Assembly: GCA_947491315.1 (NCBI GenBank)
Contig: CANLII010000003.1
Location: 7,970 to 71,969 of the forward strand
Direction: 5' to 3'
Length of the DNA stretch: 64,000 nt
Source of the DNA: Ignavibacteria bacterium
Lineage (GTDB): Bacteria > Bacteroidota > Ignavibacteria > Kapaibacteriales > UBA961
Below, in pieces: positions 39,478 through 48,751 of the stretch. A model generated the notes under the pieces. It was not told where the DNA came from, did not search any database, and was given only the letters and a program-made list of their open reading frames with translations. Every line of letters begins with the position of its first letter. The stretch's first letter is position 1. The translations under genes were made by a program, and so were the position numbers.

Positions 39478-40587
39478 TTAGCTTAGCCGAACCGGCATCA
39501 CAAGTATGAGAATATCACTGTTTTCTGAAGTAGGTTCTATTAAAATTGCTCTATTTGGGGAAGAAAATGACAATCTGACCATGCCAGCTTCATCTCCGGA
39601 CAATTGCTGAAGGGCCTCTTCCAAGTATCTGTGATTAAACCCAATCTCGAATGTATCTGATCCTGAAAATTCGCATGCTGTGGATTCATCAGCATTGCTT
39701 CCTGTTTCATCGTCCTCGCCATGCACATGTACTCTATTCGGGGTAAGCGTAATCTTGATTTGTCTGCTTGTGCTACTTGTAAACAGAGCAACGCGCTTGA
39801 TCACTCCCGCCAAATCCTTCTGATTGACCATCGCAATCTTATCATTGTCAACCGGTATAACATTTTCATAAGGAGGAAAACGCTCATCTATGATTCGTGT
39901 GATAACAGTAGTGTCTGACATTGCAAAGCGAGCATGAGTACGGGTAACGGACATATCAACATTTGAATCCACTTTGCGCAGAACATCCATGGCTCTTGAT
40001 GGAATAATCACATCAAGATCATCAGGGAAATTCTGACCTCGAATGATCACGCGAGCAAGTCGATAACTGTCTGTGGAAACCCCGATTACATGATTGCCAC
40101 GGAACTGAAACAATACGCCTGTCATGGCTGGTCGATACTCATCATCAGAAACGGCAAACATTGTTCTATTGGCTATCTTCATTGCATCAGCTGCTGAGAG
40201 TAATGCATGTTCACCCTCAGGGAATACAGGCTGTTGAGGATAATCTGCGCTGTCCATACCTTTCATTGTGAAGGAACCACCGCTTGTTCTGAATGTGATA
40301 TCCAGATTGGAATTGATTTCAATCAACAATGCTCCTTCCTGTCCGAGCGAGCGCAATAATTCATGCAATTTTCTTGCAGGAATCAAGACCGTACCTTGCT
40401 CTTCAACCATGCAAGGAACATGTGTCGCAATGGTCATTTCCTGGTCAGAGGCAATCAAATCCAAGCCTGATTGTGAAGCAGTGCAATACACATGTTCCAA
40501 AACGGGAAGGGTTGAACGAGGTGGAACCGCAGGCAATACGCGCTGCATGGCTTTTTGAAAATCACCGAGTGAGATTGAAAATTTCAT
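39478..40587 (-). CDS. dnaN: DNA polymerase III beta clamp
   Basis: LPVLE, RPAMTGV, STDSYRL, FPPYENVIP, IGFN..YL, LVMPVRL. Confidence 0.97.
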   Translation of the reverse strand: MKFSISLGDFQKAMQRVLPAVPPRSTLPVLEHVYCTASQSGLDLIASDQEMTIATHVPCMVEEQGTVLIPARKLHELLRSLGQEGALLIEINSNLDITFRTSGGSFTMKGMDSADYPQQPVFPEGEHALLSAADAMKIANRTMFAVSDDEYRPAMTGVLFQFRGNHVIGVSTDSYRLARVIIRGQNFPDDLDVIIPSRAMDVLRKVDSNVDMSVTRTHARFAMSDTTVITRIIDERFPPYENVIPVDNDKIAMVNQKDLAGVIKRVALFTSSTSRQIKITLTPNRVHVHGEDDETGSNADESTACEFSGSDTFEIGFNHRYLEEALQQLSGDEAGMVRLSFSSPNRAILIEPTSENSDILILVMPVRLS

Positions 40588-40622
40588 GAGAATGCGGATG
40601 TTGATGTATGAAAGTGAATATC

Positions 40623-40889
40623 TTATAATTCGCCAAATCCGGAACTGAAAAACAAAGCGATATCATCCATTGCTTGTTTCTCATCAGGTCCAGTAACAGT
40701 TACTTCCAATTTGCAGCCAAGTTCAGCGGCCAAAGTCATAACTCCAATGATGCTCTTTGCATTGATGGAAAATCCATCTCTGTTAAGGAAAATCTCGGAT
40801 TTGTATTTTGCTGCAAGTTTCACAAGCGAAGCGGCAGGTCTTGTGTGAAGACCAGCTCTATTTTTAACGGTAACGGTTGATACAAGCAT
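40623..40889 (-). CDS. ptsH: HPr phosphocarrier protein
   Basis: GLHTRPA (His15) and NAKSIIGVMTL (Ser46). Confidence 0.95.
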   Translation of the reverse strand: MLVSTVTVKNRAGLHTRPAASLVKLAAKYKSEIFLNRDGFSINAKSIIGVMTLAAELGCKLEVTVTGPDEKQAMDDIALFFSSGFGEL

Positions 40890-40994
40890 AGTGATTCATT
40901 TCGAATTATTGTCTGAAAATGCCCAGGATCTGTAGCGGGATACGGCAAAAACCATGATCAGAAGGAAAATATACAAATTCTGATGACCTCATTT

Positions 40995-41023
40995 CATGGA
41001 AAATTGTCAACAATTTGTCCACA
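40995..41023. promoter_or_regulatory. Cluster of three DnaA-box-like 9-mers upstream of ptsH-dnaN
   Basis: CATGGAAAA 40995, TTGTCAACA 41004, TTGTCCACA 41015 (1-2 mismatches to TTWTNCACA). Confidence 0.5.
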
Positions 41024-41118
41024 ATGATAGCGAATGCCGAGAGGATGTCCAAGTTAGCAATCGAGTAAATTGTATTTTTGAAACAATGATTCCATATTTC
41101 TTTGTCCAAAGGCCAATT

Positions 41119-41715
41119 ATGATGTCTTTTTCATCAGCCATCCGAAAAACAATTGAGGATTCAATTGCAACGAAACAAGCATTACTTTCTACTCAATCTG
41201 AAGCCATTGAAAGAACCGGGAAACTGCTTGCAGAGAAACTGAAAGCAGGCGGTAAGGTTATGTTTTGTGGAAATGGTGGAAGTGCTGCAGATAGCCAACA
41301 TCTAGCCGCTGAATTGGTGGTTAGATTGCGAAGTTCTGTGAATCGTGCTGCAATTCCTGCAATGGCATTGACAGTTGATTCTTCCATCATGACAGCGGGT
41401 GGAAATGATATTGGATTTGAACATGTTTTTGCTCGCTGCGTTGAAGCATATGGTCGCCCAGGTGATGTGCTCATAGGCATTTCCACATCGGGTAATTCAA
41501 AAAATGTGAAACTTGCCATGGAAAAGGCAAAACAACAAGGGGTATATGTTATTGGTCTTTTGGGTGGCTCCGGGGGTTTTCTCCTTCAAGAAAGTGAAGA
41601 TGCTGTTGTTGTGCCAAGTTCGGTTACAGCGCGAATCCAAGAGTCTCATATCATGATTGGTCATATTTGGTGCGAAATGGTGGAAGAAATCCTATTCCCT
41701 GAATTATTCACCTGA
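41119..41715 (+). CDS. gmhA: Phosphoheptose isomerase
   Basis: CGNGGSAADSQH, ISTSGNSKN, TARIQESH. Confidence 0.95.
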   Translation: MMSFSSAIRKTIEDSIATKQALLSTQSEAIERTGKLLAEKLKAGGKVMFCGNGGSAADSQHLAAELVVRLRSSVNRAAIPAMALTVDSSIMTAGGNDIGFEHVFARCVEAYGRPGDVLIGISTSGNSKNVKLAMEKAKQQGVYVIGLLGGSGGFLLQESEDAVVVPSSVTARIQESHIMIGHIWCEMVEEILFPELFT

Positions 41716-43524
41716 TTCAATTGTAGTATTCAAGATATTGAGACATAGCCTCATTGTTTCTCGATTGCATTCCTTCATGCGAAAGGTTGTGTCCAAAGCC
41801 TGTATTGATTGCGCAATCTGTTTTGCAGCTTTACCTGAATATATGAGTTGAGATGTATTGTGATATTGAACAATGTATTGAATCAATGCTTTGTCATTTC
41901 CCTTGAAACGCATTCTGTCTCTGTCCAATAATAGTATGTCCTTGCCAATCAATCCAACTAGTATGTCTTTTCTTCTCAGAAACTGAATCTTCTCCTTTTC
42001 CTCTATTGTGATTTCTTCATGAATTCCATGCATACCAATCATACATATCGTTGAACATATGATGCAAATGAGAAATTGAATGAGGCTCCTAGAACGATAT
42101 ACAATCAGGATTGAGATGATGATCATGAGTGATATCCATATTGAAAATTCTCCCCGATAAGCAATCCAATCGAATGTTGAAATCTGTATATGCAATTCAT
42201 CTGCTATACCGATGACTTGATGAGCAGATAGTGCAAAGAGTTCTGCAAGATATATACTGAATGGAAAGCACATCAATGCGATGATTGTCCAACAAAGTGC
42301 AATGGTGAACATTGGTATGAATATGAGATTTGCAATTGGGGAAATGAATGAAATCATTTCGAAATACCATGCAGACAATGGAAGGAGAATCATCATTGCC
42401 GACATTGAAGTTGATAATGAGCGTGCTATCGACTTTGGAAAAATCCTCTGATGAAACTCTTGAAGATATTGGGGTAAGAAAATCAGTCCGAACATGCCGA
42501 CCATAGACATCTGAAATCCAATTGAAGTGAGTAATGTTGGATCAAGCGAAATCATGAAGCCTCCAACCGTCAGTAGTACATGTATTCCATGTGCTTTTCT
42601 TTGAAATGAAAAGATTGTGTAACCAAGAGATGTCATCATGCAAGCACGAATAGCCGGTGGATCCCAATGAACAATCTCCAAAAACACAATAAGTGAAAGT
42701 ATGAGAAGTATATTTCTAAGCATGAGTGAAGGAATCCACGAAAGAAGAAACATGATCATCAATGCTATGATTCCAGCGTGAAAACCACTCACCGATAATA
42801 TGTGTGCTGTACCCAATAATGCAAATGCAGTTCGCAGATTAGATGAAATTTCCGATGTCTCGCCCAGTACTATTCCCTTGACCAATGGTACACTTTCCTT
42901 TGGAAAAACTCTGCTCAATGCAATGTTGATCCAGTCTCGAAGGTATCGTATGGATGGATCAATGCCATGATGTTCATCATGAAGAATAGCTGTCTCTTTC
43001 ACTGTTAAGATAAATTGTATATTCTTGCTTTGTAGAAAGTTATTTTGATCAAATTCTCCGCGCAATTCAGCTTTCTCGGGGTTTGAAGCAATTCCCTGAA
43101 CCTGAATATTCATGCCTTCTTTCAGCGCCAATCCTGAACCAGTGAAGCGAAGTAGAATCCTGCAATGCTCAATGCGAGGCAATTGAGGTGTGTCGATATA
43201 TCCTTCAATGATGCACTGCGTAACAGTACTTTTCTTAGAAATTTCCTGAATCCTACCTTTTGCAATGGCCTTCATTCGAATGGCATGTCCTTTTGTTCCC
43301 ACAATCTTCATGGAATCTGATTCGGCTTGAATGCACATTCCAAGGAGTACTGCTGAAAGAAATTTCCCGATTGGTATAATCATCGAAAGGAAAGCCATGG
43401 AAATAGACATGATCATAAGATAAAGGGGATCAATGCGGATATCAATCACACTATTTAGTCCCATTCCAAAGAGCATAAATAGCGCAATGAATAGAGTAGG
43501 TATCATTGAATATTTGTAAGTCAT
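41704..43524 (-). CDS. comEC: ComEC/Rec2 competence protein
   Basis: DUF4131-like OB region, GTAHILSVSGFH, PPAIRA, SIGFQMS; no clear C-terminal beta-lactamase domain. Confidence 0.88.
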   Translation of the reverse strand: MTYKYSMIPTLFIALFMLFGMGLNSVIDIRIDPLYLMIMSISMAFLSMIIPIGKFLSAVLLGMCIQAESDSMKIVGTKGHAIRMKAIAKGRIQEISKKSTVTQCIIEGYIDTPQLPRIEHCRILLRFTGSGLALKEGMNIQVQGIASNPEKAELRGEFDQNNFLQSKNIQFILTVKETAILHDEHHGIDPSIRYLRDWINIALSRVFPKESVPLVKGIVLGETSEISSNLRTAFALLGTAHILSVSGFHAGIIALMIMFLLSWIPSLMLRNILLILSLIVFLEIVHWDPPAIRACMMTSLGYTIFSFQRKAHGIHVLLTVGGFMISLDPTLLTSIGFQMSMVGMFGLIFLPQYLQEFHQRIFPKSIARSLSTSMSAMMILLPLSAWYFEMISFISPIANLIFIPMFTIALCWTIIALMCFPFSIYLAELFALSAHQVIGIADELHIQISTFDWIAYRGEFSIWISLMIIISILIVYRSRSLIQFLICIICSTICMIGMHGIHEEITIEEKEKIQFLRRKDILVGLIGKDILLLDRDRMRFKGNDKALIQYIVQYHNTSQLIYSGKAAKQIAQSIQALDTTFRMKECNRETMRLCLNILNTTIESGE

Positions 43525-43551
43525 CTCATCCCCTGATTATACTTCAAAAAT

Positions 43552-43580
43552 AAAAAAGCCGCCCAAATTGGACGGCTCTT
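43552..43580 (-). terminator. Intrinsic terminator after the amidohydrolase
   Basis: AGCCGTCCAA/TTGGGCGGCT hairpin followed by a T-run on the minus strand. Confidence 0.7.
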
Positions 43581-43603
43581 GAATTTCTACCGATAATCAC
43601 TGA

Positions 43604-46600
43604 TTATTCTTCGTCGAATCCTGCCATGTCATCGAACACATCTTCGCAATCATACAGATGCTTTTGTCCGGAGAATCTTCCCTTACCGCCTGAACTTTTC
43701 TCATCAGTGTTCATGGCTTTTTGTTCGAGAGTTGCACGAATGCCTGCATCTCTTTTGCGAAGTTGTTCATCGGTTTTTCTGTCGAAATATTTTCGACCAT
43801 CCACAAAGGTTTGTTCAACTCTGGAGAAGTTGGATAATGGATTGCCTGACCATACAACGATATCTGCATCTTTGCCAATCTCGATTGAACCAATGCGATC
43901 ATCTACCTTGAGTAGTTTAGCAGGATTGATCGTGACAAATTTCATGGCTTCTTCTTCGGAGACAGGACCATATTTCACGGACTTGCCGGCTTCTTGATTG
44001 AGTCTGCGAGCCATCTCCGCATCATCACTGTTAATGGCAACAGTTACGCCTTCTTCATGCATGATTGCAGGGTTTTCTGGGATTGCATCATATACTTCAA
44101 ATTTATATGCCCACCAATCAGCAAAACTTGAAGCTCCAACTCCATGAACCTTCATTTCTTTTGCTAGTTTGTATCCTTCGAGAATATGCGTGAAAGTATT
44201 GATCTTGAAACCAAATTCTTCCGCAAGTCTGATGAGCATGAGAATTTCGCTTTGTACATAGGAATGGCAATGAATTTGTCTTTTTCCTCGAATGATTTCA
44301 AGTAATGTTTCAAGCTGTATATCCTTGCGTGGAGGCAATTTGCCGGATGTTCCGGATTCTTTCCAGGCTTTTTCATACTCAAGTGCGGCACGGAATCCAT
44401 CACGCATGATTTCTTCCACACCCATTCTGGTTTGTGGATAGCGCGATGTAAAGCGATCACCCCAATTTGCTTGTTTTACGTTTTCGCCAAGTGCAAATTT
44501 GATTGTACCGGGAAATTCCATCTTCAATCCATCAGCATCATCACCCCAACGAAGTTTGATGAGTTGCAATTGTCCGCCGATTGGATTGGCTGATCCATGA
44601 AGCAAATGGCTTGCAGTAACGCCACCGGCAAGTTGACGATAGATATTGATATCATCAGGTTGTAATACATCACCGATTCGAACTTCCGCCGTAACGGCAT
44701 GTGTTCCTTCATTCAATCCGGATTCGATTGCAATGTGAGAATGCTCATCGATGATACCGGGGGCCAGATGTTTTCCAGTTGCATCGATTATTGTATCGGC
44801 TTTTTGCTGTAAATCTTTTGCAATTGCTGTGATTTTCCCACCTGAGATAAAGACATCTACACCTTTCAATATTCCTTCTTTTGCGGATGTCCACACTGTT
44901 GCATTTTTGAATAATACCGTTTTCTGTATGGGAATACTTTCTAGACCGAATGGTCCATCGGGGAAAACGATCGGATATGTTTTTGAAAGTGAACCGAGCT
45001 TTTCTTGATTGATTTTTTCAGTATATCCGCTATCTCGAATGGCGGTCCAAGCAATTTCGCGACCAGTTGGCAATACTGCAGTGCCTCTCGCATTTAAAGA
45101 GTCCATGAATCCTGTTGCTCGAATCATTCCCATTGCACCAAGTGAATCGCCGGTGAAAGTGAAATGTACTTGTTTACCTGATTGTGTGATCTTAGAGGTA
45201 ATCTTAACAGAATCCTTCATGAGTGATGCATTGGGTTCATCAATTTTCCCCTCAATGTTCCATTGCATTTTTGGAAGTGATTCGGCTGTGAATCTCCAAT
45301 ATCCTCTCAAATCATATTCGGGTTTTTGTTGGATGACATGCTCTTGGCCGGCAACAAAAACCGAGATGATTGATCCTGTTTCAAAAAGATTCGCATCGGA
45401 AATAATAAGGTTTGCAAATGCTCCTGATTTGATAGTACCCGCCAAATCGTCTATTCCCAACATTTCTGCAGGAATCGTTGTGAGTGCGGCAAGCGCTGTT
45501 TCTTCTTTTAAACCATAGCGAATTGCTTTGCGTAGATTCTTGAGAAAATCTGACTTGTCTTTCAATCCATGCATTGTGATTGCAAATGTCACTCCGACAG
45601 AATCCAATATCGCAGGATTAGAAGGTGCCGCATCCCATGCTTTCAATTCAGCAAGCGATACACTGGATGCATTTCTCAGTGATTGCACATTGGGTGCTCC
45701 CGGAAATGCAATCGGAATGATCATCTTTGACTTTAATGATGCGATTTGTGATAGTCTGCGATATTCATAGCCACTGCCTTCGTAAATCATGGATAAACCA
45801 AACTCTTTGGCAATCTTTGATGCACGAAGAACGGAGTGTTCATTATTCGTTTCAAAAATAATGGGGGTTTTTCTTGTGAATATTCCGGCAATCGCTTCGA
45901 GAGAAAAATTGGTTTCAGGAGCCTGTATCTTGGGATTTTTCGCAAATGCGGATTGTGCTTCCGCATACCATTGACCATCCAAAAAGGCTTGTCTGAGCAA
46001 TGCAATGCTACCCATCATTGCCGAGGGATATGCATTGCGAGAATTTCCTTTTCTAAAGGACATCCATTGTGTGATATCAGGTTTAACGATTACCTCATTG
46101 GCTGTGCCGGCTTTTGCTAAAACGAGCGCCGATATTCCACGCATAATGCCGTCCATGGAATTGACATGAGCCATGCAGAAACCTTGCTTATACAATTCGG
46201 ATGCAGACTTTTCATCAATCCCAAGTGTATTTGCAATATTCATTTCAGGCTTGATCGCCTCATTCCAATAACGCGCGCCACGATTCAATGATCCAGGTTT
46301 TTCCACTTCATCATCACCCTCAGCAGAAAATGCAGCGCCTTTCTTTTGAGAATTACCTGTTCCTGCTGATGAATATGATTCAATGAAACCTGCATATACA
46401 TATGCACCGTTCAATGAACGAACTGTTGCTCCAACAGGAATCGCAATCTGTGCGCCAGCCGCTTCGATTCTATCATTTCGAATGATGATTGTTGCATTTC
46501 TGATGATTCTGCCTGGCTCGGGTATGAGCGTACATTGAGTTAAAGCAATATACTTTAAGGGCTTTTCGCGCAAGCCATCAATTGACTTGCTCTGCATCAG

Positions 46601-46690
46601 AGGTTGTGCAAATGCGTAAAATTCACTTGTAATCCATGCAGTGCAAACAATGAGCATGAATCGAAGAAGAGAATGGATCTTTGGGGACAT
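43604..46690 (-). CDS. Secreted tandem amidohydrolase-family protein
   Basis: Signal peptide; two amidohydrolase units, the second with PGIIDEHSH, HCHSY, NSDD, GSIEIGKDADIV. Confidence 0.9.
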   Translation of the reverse strand: MSPKIHSLLRFMLIVCTAWITSEFYAFAQPLMQSKSIDGLREKPLKYIALTQCTLIPEPGRIIRNATIIIRNDRIEAAGAQIAIPVGATVRSLNGAYVYAGFIESYSSAGTGNSQKKGAAFSAEGDDEVEKPGSLNRGARYWNEAIKPEMNIANTLGIDEKSASELYKQGFCMAHVNSMDGIMRGISALVLAKAGTANEVIVKPDITQWMSFRKGNSRNAYPSAMMGSIALLRQAFLDGQWYAEAQSAFAKNPKIQAPETNFSLEAIAGIFTRKTPIIFETNNEHSVLRASKIAKEFGLSMIYEGSGYEYRRLSQIASLKSKMIIPIAFPGAPNVQSLRNASSVSLAELKAWDAAPSNPAILDSVGVTFAITMHGLKDKSDFLKNLRKAIRYGLKEETALAALTTIPAEMLGIDDLAGTIKSGAFANLIISDANLFETGSIISVFVAGQEHVIQQKPEYDLRGYWRFTAESLPKMQWNIEGKIDEPNASLMKDSVKITSKITQSGKQVHFTFTGDSLGAMGMIRATGFMDSLNARGTAVLPTGREIAWTAIRDSGYTEKINQEKLGSLSKTYPIVFPDGPFGLESIPIQKTVLFKNATVWTSAKEGILKGVDVFISGGKITAIAKDLQQKADTIIDATGKHLAPGIIDEHSHIAIESGLNEGTHAVTAEVRIGDVLQPDDINIYRQLAGGVTASHLLHGSANPIGGQLQLIKLRWGDDADGLKMEFPGTIKFALGENVKQANWGDRFTSRYPQTRMGVEEIMRDGFRAALEYEKAWKESGTSGKLPPRKDIQLETLLEIIRGKRQIHCHSYVQSEILMLIRLAEEFGFKINTFTHILEGYKLAKEMKVHGVGASSFADWWAYKFEVYDAIPENPAIMHEEGVTVAINSDDAEMARRLNQEAGKSVKYGPVSEEEAMKFVTINPAKLLKVDDRIGSIEIGKDADIVVWSGNPLSNFSRVEQTFVDGRKYFDRKTDEQLRKRDAGIRATLEQKAMNTDEKSSGGKGRFSGQKHLYDCEDVFDDMAGFDEE

Positions 46691-46782
46691 CGTATTGAAA
46701 TCCTTGACTATTTGATTATTGGAGGGGCAAAATACTAAAAATGAATGATGTCAGCGATGCTTGTTTCATACATTTTTATAAT

Positions 46783-46814
46783 AAAAAACCCGCTTTTGAA
46801 AAAAAAGCGGGCTT
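46783..46814 (-). terminator. Terminator after the tRNA pair
   Basis: CCCGCTTTT/AAAAGCGGG hairpin followed by a T-run. Confidence 0.8.
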
Positions 46815-46817
46815 CTG

Positions 46818-46891
46818 CGGGACCGACGAGGCTCGAACTCGCGACCTCTGCCTTGACAGGGCAGCGCTCTAACCAGCTGAGCTACGATCCC
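46818..46891 (-). tRNA. tRNA-Asp(GTC)
   Basis: GGGATCGTAGCTCAGCTGGTTAGAGCGCTGCCCTGTCAAGGCAG...GTTCGAGCC...CGGTCCCG cloverleaf. Confidence 0.96.
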
Positions 46892-46908
46892 AAGACTTTG
46901 TTTGTATG

Positions 46909-46981
<73 letters not shown>

Positions 46982-47113
46982 GTTGCAAACGGGAGCGACA
47001 AAATTATGGTCATTTGTCGGAAAAACCAAGCTGTTTTTTTTATTAAAAGCAAATTGAATCAAAAAGTGATTGTAGTGCACGATGAAAAACCCTCTACTCT
47101 CCTATTTTTTTGA

Positions 47114-47121
47114 TACTTTTG
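47114..47121 (+). promoter_or_regulatory. Putative -7 element (TACTTTTG)
   Basis: TAnnTTTG match upstream of the CNNM operon. Confidence 0.45.
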
Positions 47122-47194
47122 CTATGTGATTATGTGATGGATAGTACAAATCTTCCAATGCACTTCATTATTTGTGATGTATCACATGAGATGA

Positions 47195-48295
47195 TTGATG
47201 ATGATTCTTGAACTTGTTTTGCTTATTGCTTGCTTTGGGCTGAGCGCATTCAATGCTTTGTCGAGGTCTGCTCTTACGGAATTGACACCACAATTCTTGG
47301 ATGCATTTGAAGCAATAAAGCCGGATAGAGCAAAATTCCTCATCAAACTTCGCTCCACAAATGCTGATCAGGCCCGAATTTCATTGCTTATAATGGATGC
47401 GTTGATCTTGATCATGATAGGTGCAATGACATTCTCCTGGACAAATCTCAGTTTTGAAGAACCATTGGCAGAAATACCTGCAATCGCACTTTCACTGCTT
47501 TTGGTCATTAGTATCAAGACACTGTCATCCGCCATAGGGGAGCGCTTTGCTGAAAGACTTACCACTTCCACTGTTGTATATCTTAAATTTCTTTCGTTTG
47601 TATGGTATCCTCTGTCAATTATTCTGGGCCGGCTTGGTAGATTCATTAATCCGCCGATGACTGAATCAGAACAAAGAGAGGAATTTGATGCTCTCGTAGA
47701 TACCGCTCGCGAAGAGGGAACTCTCGATGATGGTGAATATAGGATCTTTAAGAGTATTATGAATTTCAGTGAAATTCGTGTGGCCGATATCATGACTCCA
47801 AGATCGGTGGTATTCAGCGTGCCTTCCACAAAAACAGTAGCAGAAGTTGCTTTATTACCGGAATTACAAATGTATTCTCGATTTCCGGTTTGGGAAGGAG
47901 ACTCCATCGATGGCGTAATCGGATATGCCCTCACGAAGGATGTTCTTCGAGCTGCTCTGGATGGAAGAAGAAATCGTACATTGGACAGACTGGTGCGTCA
48001 AGCGAATTTTATTCCCGATAATGCCACGCTTGAAAAAGCACTCGAGCAATTTCTTCAAGGCAGACAGCATATGTTTGTTGTTGTTGATGAATACGGCGGA
48101 ATCGAGGGTTTGGTAACAATGGAAGATGTGCTAGAAACAATGCTTGGCACTGAGATTATGGATGAAGCCGATAGAGTCGTGGACTTGCGTGATCTTGCCA
48201 AATCTCGAAGAGATAAACGCGTTGCCGAGTATCAAGAAAGAGACTTATTGAATAAACAAGAAACCGATGAAGACATCGATTCCGAAGAAGAATGA
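47195..48295 (+). CDS. CNNM/CBS-domain (CorC/TlyC hemolysin-like) membrane protein
   Basis: DUF21-like TM region, VADIMTPR, YSRFPV, VVVDEYGGIEGLVTMEDVLE. Confidence 0.9.
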   Translation: MMMILELVLLIACFGLSAFNALSRSALTELTPQFLDAFEAIKPDRAKFLIKLRSTNADQARISLLIMDALILIMIGAMTFSWTNLSFEEPLAEIPAIALSLLLVISIKTLSSAIGERFAERLTTSTVVYLKFLSFVWYPLSIILGRLGRFINPPMTESEQREEFDALVDTAREEGTLDDGEYRIFKSIMNFSEIRVADIMTPRSVVFSVPSTKTVAEVALLPELQMYSRFPVWEGDSIDGVIGYALTKDVLRAALDGRRNRTLDRLVRQANFIPDNATLEKALEQFLQGRQHMFVVVDEYGGIEGLVTMEDVLETMLGTEIMDEADRVVDLRDLAKSRRDKRVAEYQERDLLNKQETDEDIDSEEE

Positions 48296-48693
48296 TCATA
48301 AGAAAAACCATATCGACACTCCTTTTAAGCATGCTCATCCTCACCATGAGCGGTGCTCCAATGCTTCTTCATCATTGTTGCGGTGAATTAGAATCTATCT
48401 CTTTTTCACTCGATCATCAAGATGAATGCTGTAAGCAAACACTTTCAGAAATCACTATAAATGCACCGGCATGTTGCGAAGATGAGATCGTCGAAACAGC
48501 ATTGAATCTCGAAGGATTTCCGCATTCAATATCCATTCTGTTTATTTCCCCGATGATCGGAATATTGGAATATTTGAAATCTGATATACACTCACTTGAA
48601 CAATCTACATTTCTTCTTGCCTCCTTTTTAACATTTCCTTCCACCTCATCTCTGTTTCAAGACCGAGCCGGTCTCTGCATATTTCGAATATAG
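48292..48693 (+). CDS. HYC_CC_PP-family small Cys-rich protein
   Basis: HHCCG..ECC..CCEDE..C-terminal CIFRI; upstream of a TonB receptor as typical for this family. Confidence 0.7.
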   Translation: MIIRKTISTLLLSMLILTMSGAPMLLHHCCGELESISFSLDHQDECCKQTLSEITINAPACCEDEIVETALNLEGFPHSISILFISPMIGILEYLKSDIHSLEQSTFLLASFLTFPSTSSLFQDRAGLCIFRI

Positions 48694-48751
48694 AATGCTG
48701 TGATTCATCATTGATCATCAACAGTATTCATTAATATTCAAGAGATAGATT

